Assembly (NCBI GenBank): GCA_004764695.1
Contig: SMSO01000036.1
Location: 1,860,001 to 1,924,000, forward strand
Length of the DNA stretch: 64,000 nucleotides
From: Schizochytrium sp. TIO01
Taxonomy: Eukaryota; Protista; Bigyra: Labyrinthulomycetes
Direction of reading: 5' to 3'
Below are positions 45,065 to 56,792 of this stretch, piece after piece (positions within the stretch are counted from its first letter, which is position 1; the number at the start of each line of letters is the position of its first letter). The translations under genes were made by a program, and so were the position numbers. The notes beneath the pieces are model-generated. The model ran no database searches. It saw only the letters and a program-made list of their open reading frames with translations, and had not been told where the DNA came from.

Positions 45065-48053
45065 GATAATTGCCTGTCTGCTTTGACGTTATCGCTGTTG
45101 ATACTTGCTTGCCTCCTGCAGGTACGTTTTGTGGAGCTTATAACGACCCAACCAGACCTAACAGAAACAACTTGTGAATGTGCTCTGCTGCCACTCGGAG
45201 AAGAGCGGCCGAGTTGCTTCAATCTTGTAACAATGAACGAATGAACGACCATGGTTGAATAAGCGAGGAGATAAATAGTACTAGCTGGCTATAGCGACCT
45301 CTAGAGCTACCTAGCAACCTACCACTGAGGTGATAGACAGCTGAGGCCCACTATAGTAATGGTCTATAGAAGAATATGCATTGAGAACTGGGAAGTTGAG
45401 GTAAAATAAGAAAGGGTACGAGATGGGAAGTTGAGGTGAAGTGAGGGACTTGTCACGATAGGAAGGAAAGTATGGGTGAGGAGAGGTGCGGAGTGGTGTG
45501 CATAGAAGTTGATTGGAGCACGAAAGCTCAAAAAAATGCCATCTCTGGACGAAATTGTGCAGTTAGAGCATATTTGATAGCGAGTCACTTTCCTCGTCTC
45601 AGCGTGGAAATTGGAAATTTTACAAATCGTTTGATGTCTACAGCGATGGTGCACCCCGACGTAAGTCGGGCATTGACAAATCTAGCATACAAACAACAAA
45701 TAGGATCTCATGTTGTGAAGCAAGAACGCGAGCCAGAATGACCTTACAAGTGCACAATATGGGCTTTGCTTTCAAAATGTCATGATGTTTTAGAAAGTTG
45801 TAAAAACTCAGTCAGTATAAATGTGTACGGCATTTAGAAACTCTGTGTATGAGGCAATCAAAGGTTTTACCCATGGAGCCTATTCAGCTATTAACGCATA
45901 TAGTTTTATGAATGTATGCAGCAGTCCTGCTTCCACGAATGCACCTTTGCTTGCATCTTCTATTTGTGTTGTTCTCTTGTTCATAGGTACTTATCCAGCA
46001 GCACTCGCTCCACCTTAATGGTAGGAAAATTTGACTTCATTTACTGTTCGAAGCTTCTCTGATCTTGTTCAGTACTGAGTGGGCGCCCAGCAAGCAAGAT
46101 TGCTCGAGCTCGCTTTCTACAACCTTGACAAAGCCAAAGACGTTTATTGCAAGAAAGAAAGATGTTGGGAAGTGATCAAGATTCGGTATCTATAAACAAC
46201 ATAGACCTCGCCAGTAGAGCTCTACTTTTGTGTAACAAGAGTAACAATTTCGTTGAATGTTCGTCTTAGGATCAGTATTACTTTTATTTCTCTGCCACAT
46301 TACAAGTCGCCGAACTACAACCTACATAGACCATGCAACTTGCCTTGCCTGAAAAGCCTGAAATTAGAGCTTGGTCTCATCCAATTCCCACTCCGAAAAA
46401 TGTGAGGAAGAGCTAAGAACTTCAAAAAATTAACTCAATACCATTGCTGCTTCTGTCAAGTGGTACCATGCGACCAACTGTCAGCTTTGTCTTTACGTCG
46501 ATCGTGTGTTAGGTTCCTCTCCTCGTTTCTTAGAATAGAAGGACAAAGTCAATCGTGATGGGGCTTTCTTGTTCAGTTATGAGCACGGCCGAAGCAAGTA
46601 GCGTCCAGCTGGAGGTAAAGCCCTGTAAGAAGCGTAAGCAGTGAAAGAAAACCTCTCAGAACTAATCTTGATGATAACTAATCTCAGAGGAATAGATGCG
46701 AAAAGCAAGCATCGAAAAAAAGTTGTATTGAGGAAGCGATACGCACAATTTGAAGGCTCTTCTGCCAATGAGTGTAGGTCACTTCCAGTACTTGGATGAA
46801 AATCGGCAAGATTCTAGTCTAGTCTTGCTGCAGAGCAAAGTAAGTTCCTGAGAGATTACATCTCGTCCACGTGCGTACGTAGAACTGCTTGGGTTTCCTT
46901 CTTCTAGCTTGACACTCTTAGGCGAAGGCGCCACCAAATGAGACAGTGCTAATCACCAGGGAAGATGATTCAACAAGCAAACTTGGTTCAAATAGAACAG
47001 AAGCAAGCGAGTATGATGCATGTGGGAAGGAGGACGGTCAAGAAGCTTCCATAGTATATCAATAGATAGAAAGGGAAAGACAACCTTGGCTGCTGCTTTG
47101 AGTCCCATACCTTTTTCGTCACACCTTTTTTTCCGCCATACCATGTCACTTTGAAAATCAAGATTCTGAGCTACAGTTCTAGGCTGACCTCCTGTGAGAC
47201 AAACGTAGAAGGCATTGCACATTTACACATCATTGAGTATGTGCAGCCCACTCGGCACTGTAGGAAATATAGTATTTGCATGATGCAAGGGGCTTCTGTC
47301 TGAATTATAAAAGCTAAACCAGCACTGGCAACAAGGCTCAAACGCGACGAGACTTCAAGGAGGAAAGAAGTTACGTACCTTGAACAGGTTTTTAAGATGC
47401 ATCTGGTGCCGATGCAGAAATGTCAGACTTGCACCTGCTGGAGCCCCTCTTATTGCCGAAGAATAGTATCCAATGAAATGTCCGTGATGTCTAAAGAATT
47501 CACGTCTACACAATTTTGTTTGATCTATAACAATATTTATTTGTTTTTTTCTTTTCAACAACAGACACCATTTCTTATTTTTGTAGTCTGCACAGTGGAA
47601 CCTATGGGATTTGCGTGAAAGTTATAAATAAATCGATACTAGCCTATGCGCATAGTTGAGGTCAGCGAGTGGCACCAAGTTGAACCTTATTTATTTCGTT
47701 ACTTTGATGAAATGCACGTTAGCTGTCTCTTACATCCCGCATAAGCAAAGGCATAAGTTCAAAATCATATGATCAAGATTGAAACCTCTTGCCAAGTCCA
47801 AGCTGTTATGCCTGTCCTTCATCATGCACGAAAGAGCCAAAATTGATTGGCCTTGAGGAAGACTCTACTTGCATTTTTCAAGTTATTCATGAACACGAGG
47901 ATCGGATATACCTCAGTGTTTAGAGTGGTAGCTTACTACGGATTTGGTGGACCGAGTGTTTGTGTGTTGTTTTGCATTATGTATTTATTTGTTTATGTAT
48001 TTTTCTTCTTCTCGTTATCGTATTGTGTTCGCAAGTGTGTCTCTGCTTGTGCC

Positions 48054-48812
48054 TTACTCCTTGGCGCCAATCGCAGGTATGTCGATGTCCGGAACGGTCC
48101 TTGGTGGCGGCACCTCTCCCGGGGACCTCCGTTGAGCAGCAAGTTTCTCGTAGTGTGCGCTGGTGGGCTTCTCGCGGAGCACAATGTGCACGTGCGTGGA
48201 CGGGATGCGGATGACACCAGTGCGACCACGGCCCTTGAAATCAACACGCTTCAAGAAAGGTCCACGGCCAAGGTTGACAATAGCGACCTGGAGCTTCTCT
48301 GCAGGCAGGCCGTGCTTCTCCTCAGCGTACTTGACACCCTCCTTGATCATTTGCATGAACTCACCAGAGCGCTGCTTGCGGCAGTAGCGCAACTGCACCA
48401 ATGCATCAGGTACCATGAGCTTGCGCACAAGACGAGCAAGGTGGTTAGCCTTCTGCACACTTCCCTTCATGTGCAGCTTGCGCACGTTGATCTCTTGGAG
48501 GTCGAGCTGGTTGCGAGCAGGGTAGCGGTCCTTGCGGATGGCTTGGCCAATGTTTGCCTCCTCGGCACGACGAGACCATGTGAGGCTGGGGTCCACCACC
48601 ACAGACGCAGGGTCCACCTTCGTAGACAGAGGGGCAGCGCTCACAGGTGCAGCGGCAAGGGCACGAGCGGAGAAGAGCGACGCCGCGGAGCCAGAGAAAG
48701 GCGAGGCGGGGCCAGACACGCTACGCTCCAATGCGGACGCAGAGCGCACAGAAACGCGCGGAGAGAGAAGTGCGCACGCACGAGACGCGGCGACGCGGAA
48801 GGGAGAGAACAT
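48054..48812 (-). CDS. MRPL22: Mitochondrial ribosomal protein uL22m
   Basis: Arg/Ser/Ala-rich presequence (MFSPFRVAASRACALL); uL22 core KGSVQKANHLARLVRKL.V.DALVQL and GRGPFLKRVDFKGRGRTGVIRIPSTHVHIVL. Confidence 0.9.
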   Translation of the reverse strand: MFSPFRVAASRACALLSPRVSVRSASALERSVSGPASPFSGSAASLFSARALAAAPVSAAPLSTKVDPASVVVDPSLTWSRRAEEANIGQAIRKDRYPARNQLDLQEINVRKLHMKGSVQKANHLARLVRKLMVPDALVQLRYCRKQRSGEFMQMIKEGVKYAEEKHGLPAEKLQVAIVNLGRGPFLKRVDFKGRGRTGVIRIPSTHVHIVLREKPTSAHYEKLAAQRRSPGEVPPPRTVPDIDIPAIGAKE

Positions 48813-48965
48813 CGTGCGAGAAAGAGAGCGGCCTACAGACGTCGGCGCCAGAGCCAGGGTCTGCTGCGCGCTCGTAATAATAGTTTCTCCCTCTCTTCTC
48901 CTCTCTCTCAACTCTTGCTCTCCTTCTTCTTTCCTGGAAATGATAAATCAAAGAGAATGGTAAGA

Positions 48966-49007
48966 AACTAACTAACTAACTAACTAACTAAGTAATCAAT
49001 CAATCAA
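48966..49007. repeat. (CTAA)n then (CAAT)n microsatellite upstream of uL22m
   Basis: Direct reading of the sequence. Confidence 0.8.
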
Positions 49008-50079
49008 TACATCATCAATAAATGCCAAGGCAGCCACACCACAGCAAAGGGAATAGGCCATTTGCGAGCTCGCGCATCAATCAACAATGGAGGGCTTTAC
49101 TGTAGACTATACGGCCGCACACAGTAGAGAATAGACTGGCAATAGAGCTATGGAATGGCTGTAGGAGAAGACCAGAGGATGGCTACTAACTAATACAGCT
49201 GCTGCTGCTGCTGCTTTACCATTTACCAAAGCGAAGCGAGGACGACAACTACTGCCAATAGGTTGTAGGAATGCACTTAGGCCCTCGCAATAGTTGCATT
49301 GCACGCATCGTATTGCTGTGAAGGAATGAATGTATGTATTGCACGATGGAAAACGCAAAATCGTTAGGGGGCGAGATTTTGCATTGCACAGCTAAAACTT
49401 TGGCGTCGTGGTGGTGGAGATAATGGGGAGTCTGCACCAGAAAGGCTCTGCGTTTATGAGGACTTATGGGTCCTTCTCGAGGCTGAAAGGGACGATGCGC
49501 AGAATTCAACGATTGCTGAGCAACTGATTTTGTGTTGCGTTGATTGCACTGCTAAGAGTAGTTGGCCTCGGTAATTGCAACAAACCTCAAGGTGATTGAT
49601 CCACTTATTGCCTACAAATCATGCCAATATCAATAGCCTGCGAATGTCACTGCAAAGCACTGCTCGCAAAGATGACCCCTCAAAAAGCGAATGCTGATTG
49701 ACAGCATGCAGCTTTCTTTTAGCGAGAGCGTGCACAATGACAATGGCAGCGGCACTGATCTGACTGATAAGAGCTGCCTAGCACTCTGCTAGGCGGAGCT
49801 AGTATAGCAGTGTCCTAGTCCTGCGCATAATTTCTGCGGCTGCTAAGGCGCCGTGCTTCCTCTACCTAAAACTAGTAGGAGTAGGGACGACGATGGTAAT
49901 GGTGGTTCCGCAACAGATCTGCGTTCGATACGCGAAGATGGAACGGGAGTTATTGGAATGGAACGCGCGAAGGAAGTGCAGAAACGGGTATGATAAGGAG
50001 AAGAAGAGGCGAAGAAGGAGCGAATATCAAACAGCAATCAAGCAATCGAAGAACTATCGACCAGACGATTGAGACCAAG

Positions 50080-51577
50080 ATGGCTGGGAAGGAGCAGTAT
50101 GTGGCAGGACTCGAAAGCCTTGCGGAGGATGATGTGGAAGCCGCTGTGGACCACTTTTCGCAGGTGAGTGCTGTAGTTGTGGCCTCGATAGAGAGAGATC
50201 TCGCTCAGCTCGTTCGAGAACTTCGGCGAGAGCGCTAACAATAGAGGGAATAACTCGACTTCGTGCTCGCCATGACGAGGGGCGAAGTGGGAAAAGTAGA
50301 GTGACTCTGGGGCTGGACGAGATAACAAGAGGAGGTGATAAACAGATGCAATGCTTAACAGGTTACAAGACTTGAGACTCCAGAACTAACGCTTTTTGTT
50401 TTGCTTTTTCATTGTTGTTGTTGTTGTTGTTGTTGTGTTATTTTATGACTTGTGATTATTCATTTTGACATGGTCGTGATTCATTTATCTGTTTTGATCC
50501 AATGAATCTTTACGAATCGGATTATGTCACCAATGTTGCTGCATGTACCTTTTATGTGGACAGGCAATCCAGGCTGAACCGGATAATGTAGACTACCTCC
50601 TGAAACGCTCCATGGCGTACTCTAAACTGAAGAACACCGCTGCTGCTGCGGAGGATGCTTCCAAGGCAGCTGAGAAAGCTCCTGAAAACGCGCAGGCCCA
50701 CTTTAGAGATGGTGTTCTTAAGTTTGAATTGGAGTCCTTTAAAGCGGCAATGGCCGCCTTTACGTTGGCGAAGTCCCTTACCACAGAGGAGAAATTGCTC
50801 AAGTCTATTGGTACCTGGACTCGTAAATGCGAAGCAGAGCTTTCAGAGGACGAGATTCAGCTCATGGCGGATCCCGTAGCGAAGAAGGAAGCCCCTGCTG
50901 CACCAACTGCCCCGAAACCTTCTACTGCTTTCCCGATGGACTGGTATCAATCTTTGTCCCATGTCACAATTGAAATTGAGAGCAAAGGCATTCCTAAGGA
51001 AAAGGTCAAACACGAAATCACCCCTACATCTGTTTCTGTAGATATTGAACTCGAGTCCGCTGACCAAACCTATTCCTTCCACTGGGAGACTTTTGGTGAG
51101 GTTGATCCTGCCGGATCGAAAGTTGAAGTCGGCAAGCGCTACATCGAGATCCGCCTCAAAAAGGTTGACACCTCCATCTCCTGGCCATCCCTCGAGGCTA
51201 CCTCAGGATCGGCCCCGCAAGTCGTCACTGCAACCCCTGCACCAGTTCCAAGTGCCCCTGCCGCGGCTCCGTCTGCTTATGCTAGCAAAAAGAATTGGGA
51301 TGCCATTTACAAAGAGATTGAGGAAACTGAGGCTGCGGAGAAACCTGAGGGCGAGGAAGCCCTCAACAAACTTTTTAAAGACATTTACAAGAATGCCAGT
51401 GATGACACTCGCCGTGCTATGATCAAGAGCTTTCAGACTTCTGGTGGCACAGTACTTTCCACCAACTGGAACGAAGTTGCTGAAAAGGATTACGAAAAGG
51501 ACCGCCCTGCACCCAAGGGCATGCAATGGAAGAGCTGGGAAGGTGACAAACTCGATGTCGGCGAGGACGACGAATAA
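50080..51577 (+). CDS. SGT1: SGT1 Hsp90 co-chaperone (TPR-CS-SGS); exons 50080-50163 and 50564-51577
   Basis: Exon 1 MAGKEQY...DHFSQ|GTGAGT; acceptor CAG at 50561-63 joins in frame to AIQAEPDN. CS domain DWYQS; SGS domain KNWD, ALNKLFKDIY and RRAMIKSFQTSGGTVLSTNW. Confidence 0.95.
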
Positions 51578-52170
51578 GTCGCGTCTCTGTCTGCTTTCGT
51601 ATTATGCTCACCTCTTGTCCAAATGCTGCTTTATCAAGTAGTGCTTACAAAACAGGAGAATGATTTCCGCATGTCTACACTCTCCATCCCACCGTACATA
51701 ACCACAAATTTTAGCTTTATTTTTTGGATGACAAATTACTTATTGTTTTGAGTTCGTTCCTTGAGTTCTCAGAAGCATTTTCTCAGCTAAAAGAATGCCC
51801 ATGGTGTGGCCGTTGTCCTTTTCCAACAATGGCTTTTTACTCTGTCAATGATTATTATTGTAACTACCAGTTGAGCATATCAATATTGCTTCATCGAACT
51901 GAGCTTGCACAGGCATGCTACAGAAGAATAAAATGCATCGTTGGTAAGCTGATTCCATTTTCATGTTCACGTATGAAGATTATCTCAATAGTTTCGCCTT
52001 GTGATATCTACCTACCCATTCCTTTTTTCTTTCTTTTTTTAAATTCCTTCTTCTTTTATTTTCATACTGGTTTATCTTTTTTATTATCATAGACTCGAAG
52101 ACGTGTAAAACCCGAACTTGTAGCTGTGCAACTAACTCTAAGTAGTAGAACCTCTCCCCCCTGCGTCTAC

Positions 52171-53499
52171 ATGCAAGCAGAGTCCATGCCTAGAGAAGGA
52201 GAGACCACCATACCTGGAAGTCGTATAACAGTTGCGGCGCTGCGTCGCAAGGTCGCTCTATCAGCACTGGGCAGTCGGACCTTGGTGCTCATCACTGCAC
52301 TAGTCACACGATTTGCGATCGATGCCTATGACACAAGCGCGGAGCTTCGTCACGGCAAAACTGGAGCTCGATGGCTTGCATTGGGCGCGAATTGGGATGC
52401 AGAGTATTTTACAAGCATCGCCATTGATGGATACAAGTACGAACAGATGCACGCTTTTTTTCCATTGGTCCCAATATTGATGAAAATATTAGGATCTGCC
52501 TTGCACATGATTTTGCTCGCCATCTTTGGGCTTGACTTAAGCATAGAGAATGCGCACATTCTCGCAGGGATCATTGTTAGTAATGTTTCCTTTATTCTTG
52601 CAGCAATAGCGTTGTTTGACCTGAGTCTGCAAACCTTCTCCGACGCAAATTGGTCCTATCGGTCGGCGATTGTGTTCTGCTTTACTCCAGCAAGCGTTTT
52701 CATGTCGGCCGTATACACTGAAGCTCCCTTTTCACTTTTAAGCTTCGTAGGTATGCGGCTAGCATGCCAGGTTGGCGGCAATATCCAAGAAGTGGATAAA
52801 AATTTATGGCTTGCTAGTCTTGTTTTCGGGATAGCAACTCTCTCACGCTCCAACGGGGCTGTCCTTGCAGGATATCTTGGATACCGAATGTTAAGGCCAT
52901 TTCTGCTCGATCCATCTCGATTCAGAAATTTCATCGACCTCGCAAATGCCAGTGCAAAAGTCATATGGGCAATTGTAGTGGCAGCTGTTTTGCCACTCGT
53001 TATTGTGCTGGGATATGCAACCTCGTTATACTGCACTGAGGCTTTACTTTCACAAGATATCGACAAGACTCTAGTTTTGGGATCTATGCGGCCATGGTGT
53101 ACGAGCAAAATACCTAATATTTATAGTTTTGTACAAGAAGAGTATTGGAATCAGGGGTTTTTAAGGTTCTATCGACTAGAGCAAATCCCAAACTTTCTAC
53201 TTGCCATGCCAACCTTTATATGGTCAACACGGAGCATTTTATGGAGCATCAAAAGTTGCAAAGCATCCAAACCTCTAGGAATAGCTTTGCTACCTTTTAT
53301 TCTACACCTCATTTTCCTGGTTGGGTTTTGTATGCTTTGCATGCACGTGCAAGTCATCACTCGCTTTGTCTCTGCATGCCCGTTAATCTACTGGTTTGCG
53401 GCACAATCAACACGAGACCTTGCATGGATTGTCCCCTGGAGCTGTGTCTTTACGATTCTGGGCACAGCATTGTTTGTAGCTTATTATCCATTCGTATGA
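52171..53499 (+). CDS. PIGV: GPI mannosyltransferase II (PIG-V/Gpi18)
   Basis: NWDAEYF.SIA..GY.YEQ.HAFFP, PASVFMSAVYTEA, RSNG, YSFVQEEYWNQGFLRFY..EQIPNFLLA and HVQVITRF. Start at 52171 or 52186. Confidence 0.93.
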   Translation: MQAESMPREGETTIPGSRITVAALRRKVALSALGSRTLVLITALVTRFAIDAYDTSAELRHGKTGARWLALGANWDAEYFTSIAIDGYKYEQMHAFFPLVPILMKILGSALHMILLAIFGLDLSIENAHILAGIIVSNVSFILAAIALFDLSLQTFSDANWSYRSAIVFCFTPASVFMSAVYTEAPFSLLSFVGMRLACQVGGNIQEVDKNLWLASLVFGIATLSRSNGAVLAGYLGYRMLRPFLLDPSRFRNFIDLANASAKVIWAIVVAAVLPLVIVLGYATSLYCTEALLSQDIDKTLVLGSMRPWCTSKIPNIYSFVQEEYWNQGFLRFYRLEQIPNFLLAMPTFIWSTRSILWSIKSCKASKPLGIALLPFILHLIFLVGFCMLCMHVQVITRFVSACPLIYWFAAQSTRDLAWIVPWSCVFTILGTALFVAYYPFV

Positions 53500-54362
53500 A
53501 GATGGAATAAATACCAGAAAAATTTAATAAATCTAGATACTTGCGCAAAGCGGAAGCAGAGCATAGCAAGAAACACTGCTGCAGCAAAATGCCAAGGCCC
53601 GGAGCAAGCAATGATTACATGGTCATGAACAGCAGCATACCAGCCAAGTGGTGCTACTGCATGGAGGACGCGCACTGGCACCATAACTGCAGCAATTAGG
53701 TCGGGTGGTGCAGTGCCCGTTGACGCGCAGGAGACAATAATGCCGTTCACGTCAAGACGGCAGCTTGGTGTAATAGGCATCCGTACGCTGGACTCGGTCT
53801 GAGCAGGTGAAAGTGAGACTACAGATGCATGTGAGAGATTCCCATCCCGGTAAACCCTTAGTGAGTCGCCAACGAGCAGGCGATGTGCTGGGAGTTGACC
53901 AGCATCGCTTAAAACGAGGTGCGACAGGCTCATTGTGATTGCTTCACCATCCTCTAAACTAATCTTGACGAGATCAGAAGGTTCAATAGGAGTTGATTGT
54001 GGAAGGAGCGCTAGCACCGGCTCATAAGTGCCGCCACCAACGTGAACCAAGTCGCCGACCTTCACATCACGGACCTGGAGCTGTAGACCGTTAAGAGACG
54101 TAAAGAAATTCCACTCTCCAATGCCGCCTCGGGGAGCGGAGATTGCCGCGAGGCTTTGGAAAGCGCGGTACACTATGCCTTGGCGTTGGGCCTCAGTTCT
54201 GTCTACAAGCCTCACGCTGTGCTGCTGCTTTCTTCGCAGGGTGGCCGCCACTGCCTCCACGCCTGCATGAGCTCTGGCCAGCGAAGCGTCGCACGTGCAG
54301 AAGGCAACACAGAGCAGGGCCAACGCGAGTAGAAACCCGCGCAAGACAGCCCTACGAGCCAT
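53484..54362 (-). CDS. Hedgehog-type Hint (Hog) domain protein with signal peptide and hydrophobic C-terminus; catalytic Cys1 replaced by Gly
   Basis: Signal peptide MARRAVLRGFLLALALLCVAFC. Hint blocks G....VRDVKVGDLV, ITMSLSHLV, A.RLLVGD and PITPSCRLDVNGIIVSCA, then an SRR-like helix LIAAVMVPVRVL and a C-terminal hydrophobic segment. Confidence 0.8.
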   Translation of the reverse strand: MARRAVLRGFLLALALLCVAFCTCDASLARAHAGVEAVAATLRRKQQHSVRLVDRTEAQRQGIVYRAFQSLAAISAPRGGIGEWNFFTSLNGLQLQVRDVKVGDLVHVGGGTYEPVLALLPQSTPIEPSDLVKISLEDGEAITMSLSHLVLSDAGQLPAHRLLVGDSLRVYRDGNLSHASVVSLSPAQTESSVRMPITPSCRLDVNGIIVSCASTGTAPPDLIAAVMVPVRVLHAVAPLGWYAAVHDHVIIACSGPWHFAAAVFLAMLCFRFAQVSRFIKFFWYLFHLHTNG

Positions 54363-54456
54363 GCTCCCCACCTCAAAGGAGCTCACGCCCAAGCCGACGA
54401 AGAATTCCAGTTCTGCTGCTATGGTCCTCAAATTTAAAGATGAAAATAGCGCTGAT

Positions 54457-54490
54457 CATTCATTCATTCATTCATTCATTCATTCATTCA
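54457..54490. repeat. (CATT)n microsatellite
   Basis: Direct reading of the sequence. Confidence 0.85.
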
Positions 54491-55415
54491 CTTTTTATAA
54501 TTAAAAAAATTCCTGCTCAGGCTTAGACCTATATATAAAAGCAGAGGAAAATGTTCATTTAAAGAAAATATTTGTATAGAAATCGTTCACGTTTTTCAGC
54601 TTAAACCCATAAAGAGAATGAAAGCCACCCTAGACCTCAAGGCCTCATGTTTGGACAGATAGAGGGGAGACTTGGTGGGCTTGAGGCAAGACGCGATTGT
54701 TCATGTGGAGCAGAGCTAGAGAGCTCGGCCCAGCAGCGAGCCAATAACATGTGATCAGGACGAACCACAGGCATAAAGATCTATCGAGAAACAACTTTCG
54801 TGAATTTAGGTTCTCGTGTGCAAATTGGGCGAGCTCGACTCTGCTCAGAGGTGTGTGCTCACCTCAAGAGGCAGCTCGCGAACCAGCCAATTATCCCCAC
54901 TGCCTGCAAACCCTGAGAGAGGCTTCAACCGGCGCCCCTGGAGTGGCCGATGAACAATAGACTGGCCAGCCCAATCTTCTCTTGCTCGAAGACGTGTTGC
55001 AGCCACTTCTTGGGCCAAAAAGGAATCAATGACAGACATTCATTCTCTTCACTAACTAACCACCGTGCTGTAACTAACAGGCGCGAGACCGAGTGAGTCT
55101 GTCCATCAAACCTAACCGGGTTAAGTGGCTTATATTTAAACCTAACCGCTGCTTGGACCAGTTATTCTCCTGCCCCGCAAAAGAGAGGACAGGAGAAATG
55201 GAGATATAGTAAGCAATGGATGTTACAGTGAAGAATAGATTGATTACAGTAGGATATTTACTTTGTAAGTAGGTTATTTAGAGAGGAGAAGGAGCACTAA
55301 ATAGAGCATTGACGAAGAAGCTGAAGAGACGGGAGAGGAAGAGGAGTCCAGAGCACGATCGATACAAGGCTTGCGTGGAGAGAGACCAGCGTAGGCGCGC
55401 GACGCTTTAGGAAGG

Positions 55416-56792
55416 ATGATGCAGTCGGTTCGCCGCGCAGGCATGCAGTCTGTGCGCTCTGCCCTCCGCAACAACGCAGAGAAGATGCAGATGGCCCGCA
55501 GCTTCTCTGAGGCCCCCAAGGCCGCCGAGGAGGAGGTGCCTGCTGGCGTCTACCGCCCGCCCACCCAGCAGGAGTACCTTCAGTACAACACCACCGCCGG
55601 TAAGTGACGCTCTATCAAAGCCGCACCCGGGACGCCCAACAGTCAGGCGCAGACATTCAAACCGATGCCCTCGCCGCGCAGGATCGGCCAGAGCCGCGTC
55701 GAGCACTGATGACCTTATCATACTTATATCAAAAGAATGATCGCGCTGGATTGATTAGCAATTTTCTGTTCTATCAAATATGGAAAAGCGACAAAGACGT
55801 CTAGAATGCCGTGATAGCGAAGAGGGATCGGCGAAGAGGGATCGACGAAGAAGGAACAAGTGCTAATCTGGCAATATAAGTAACAGGAAGACTGACGATA
55901 ATATTCATGTGATTGTGATTAACATTCGGCTCGGTATTTTGGTTGAACGCTATGGATGTTTTTATATCCTCTTGTGGGTGGGTTAACTTTCTTCGTGGTT
56001 CGTGATGATTGTGACGTGAATGATTTGGGGTTGTCCTATGCACAATATTGTTTTGCGTTGGAATGCATTCAAATGAATTTTCGTTTTGCAACGGATGGTG
56101 TGTGGAATGGGAAATGATCGCTTGTTCATGTAACAGCTACCCCGGGTTTCGCTGAGGACATCGTGACCCCGACCGACCCGGTCCCTGCGGAGCCTGAGGG
56201 CGCCATGAAGGGCTGGGAGGGCTATGTGAACTACGTCCCCGAGGAGCACCAGAGCCGCAAGGTTCGTCTCTTTAAGAAGTCCAAGAGCGCCAACGAGATG
56301 GATGACTCCAGCGCCAAATACTGGAGCTTGACCATCGACCGCCGTGCCAACTGGACCAACCAGGTCATGAAGTACGCCAGCACTGGTGACCCGCTTGGTG
56401 CCACCGGCTTGCAGAACATGAAGTTCGACAAGCTTGAGGATGCCAAGGGCTTCTGCGAACGCCAGGGCTGGTCCTACGAGGTTGAGGAGCCCCTCACCGT
56501 CGTCAGCCAGGAGGGCAAGAAGCAGTACGCTCAGAACTTTCTCAACTACCACGTGCGCACCCGCCGTGAGAAAATGCCCCCTAACGAGCTACTCAACACT
56601 CAGTTCTTTCACCGCGAGGGCCGCAAGTCTACCTGGGTGAACTTGAAACATACTGCTTTCGGCAAAGTTCCCTCCAAGGTTGTGTCTGGAACCCAGTGGA
56701 CTGACCCCCACCCCAACAACCACAAGGCCACCGACTGGTACATCTCCGCTCTCGAGCACAAGCAAGAGTTGGCCCGCAAGCTTGGCAAGTAA
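55416..56792 (+). CDS. NDUFS4: Complex I accessory subunit NDUFS4 (ETC_C1_NDUFA4 domain); exons 55416-55599 and 56137-56792
   Basis: Mitochondrial presequence in exon 1; donor G|GTAAGT at 55600; acceptor AG at 56135-36 in phase. Core R.VR.F, W.NQVM.YASTGDP, F...EDA..FCERQGWSYEVEEP and K.YAQNF. Confidence 0.92.

Noticed and set aside
47847-48971. 374-aa plus-strand ORF and similar long antisense ORFs (30343-30927, 32428-33135, 55983-56552, 59503-60012)
   Set aside because: Shadows of codon-biased real genes on the opposite strand; no recognisable motifs.
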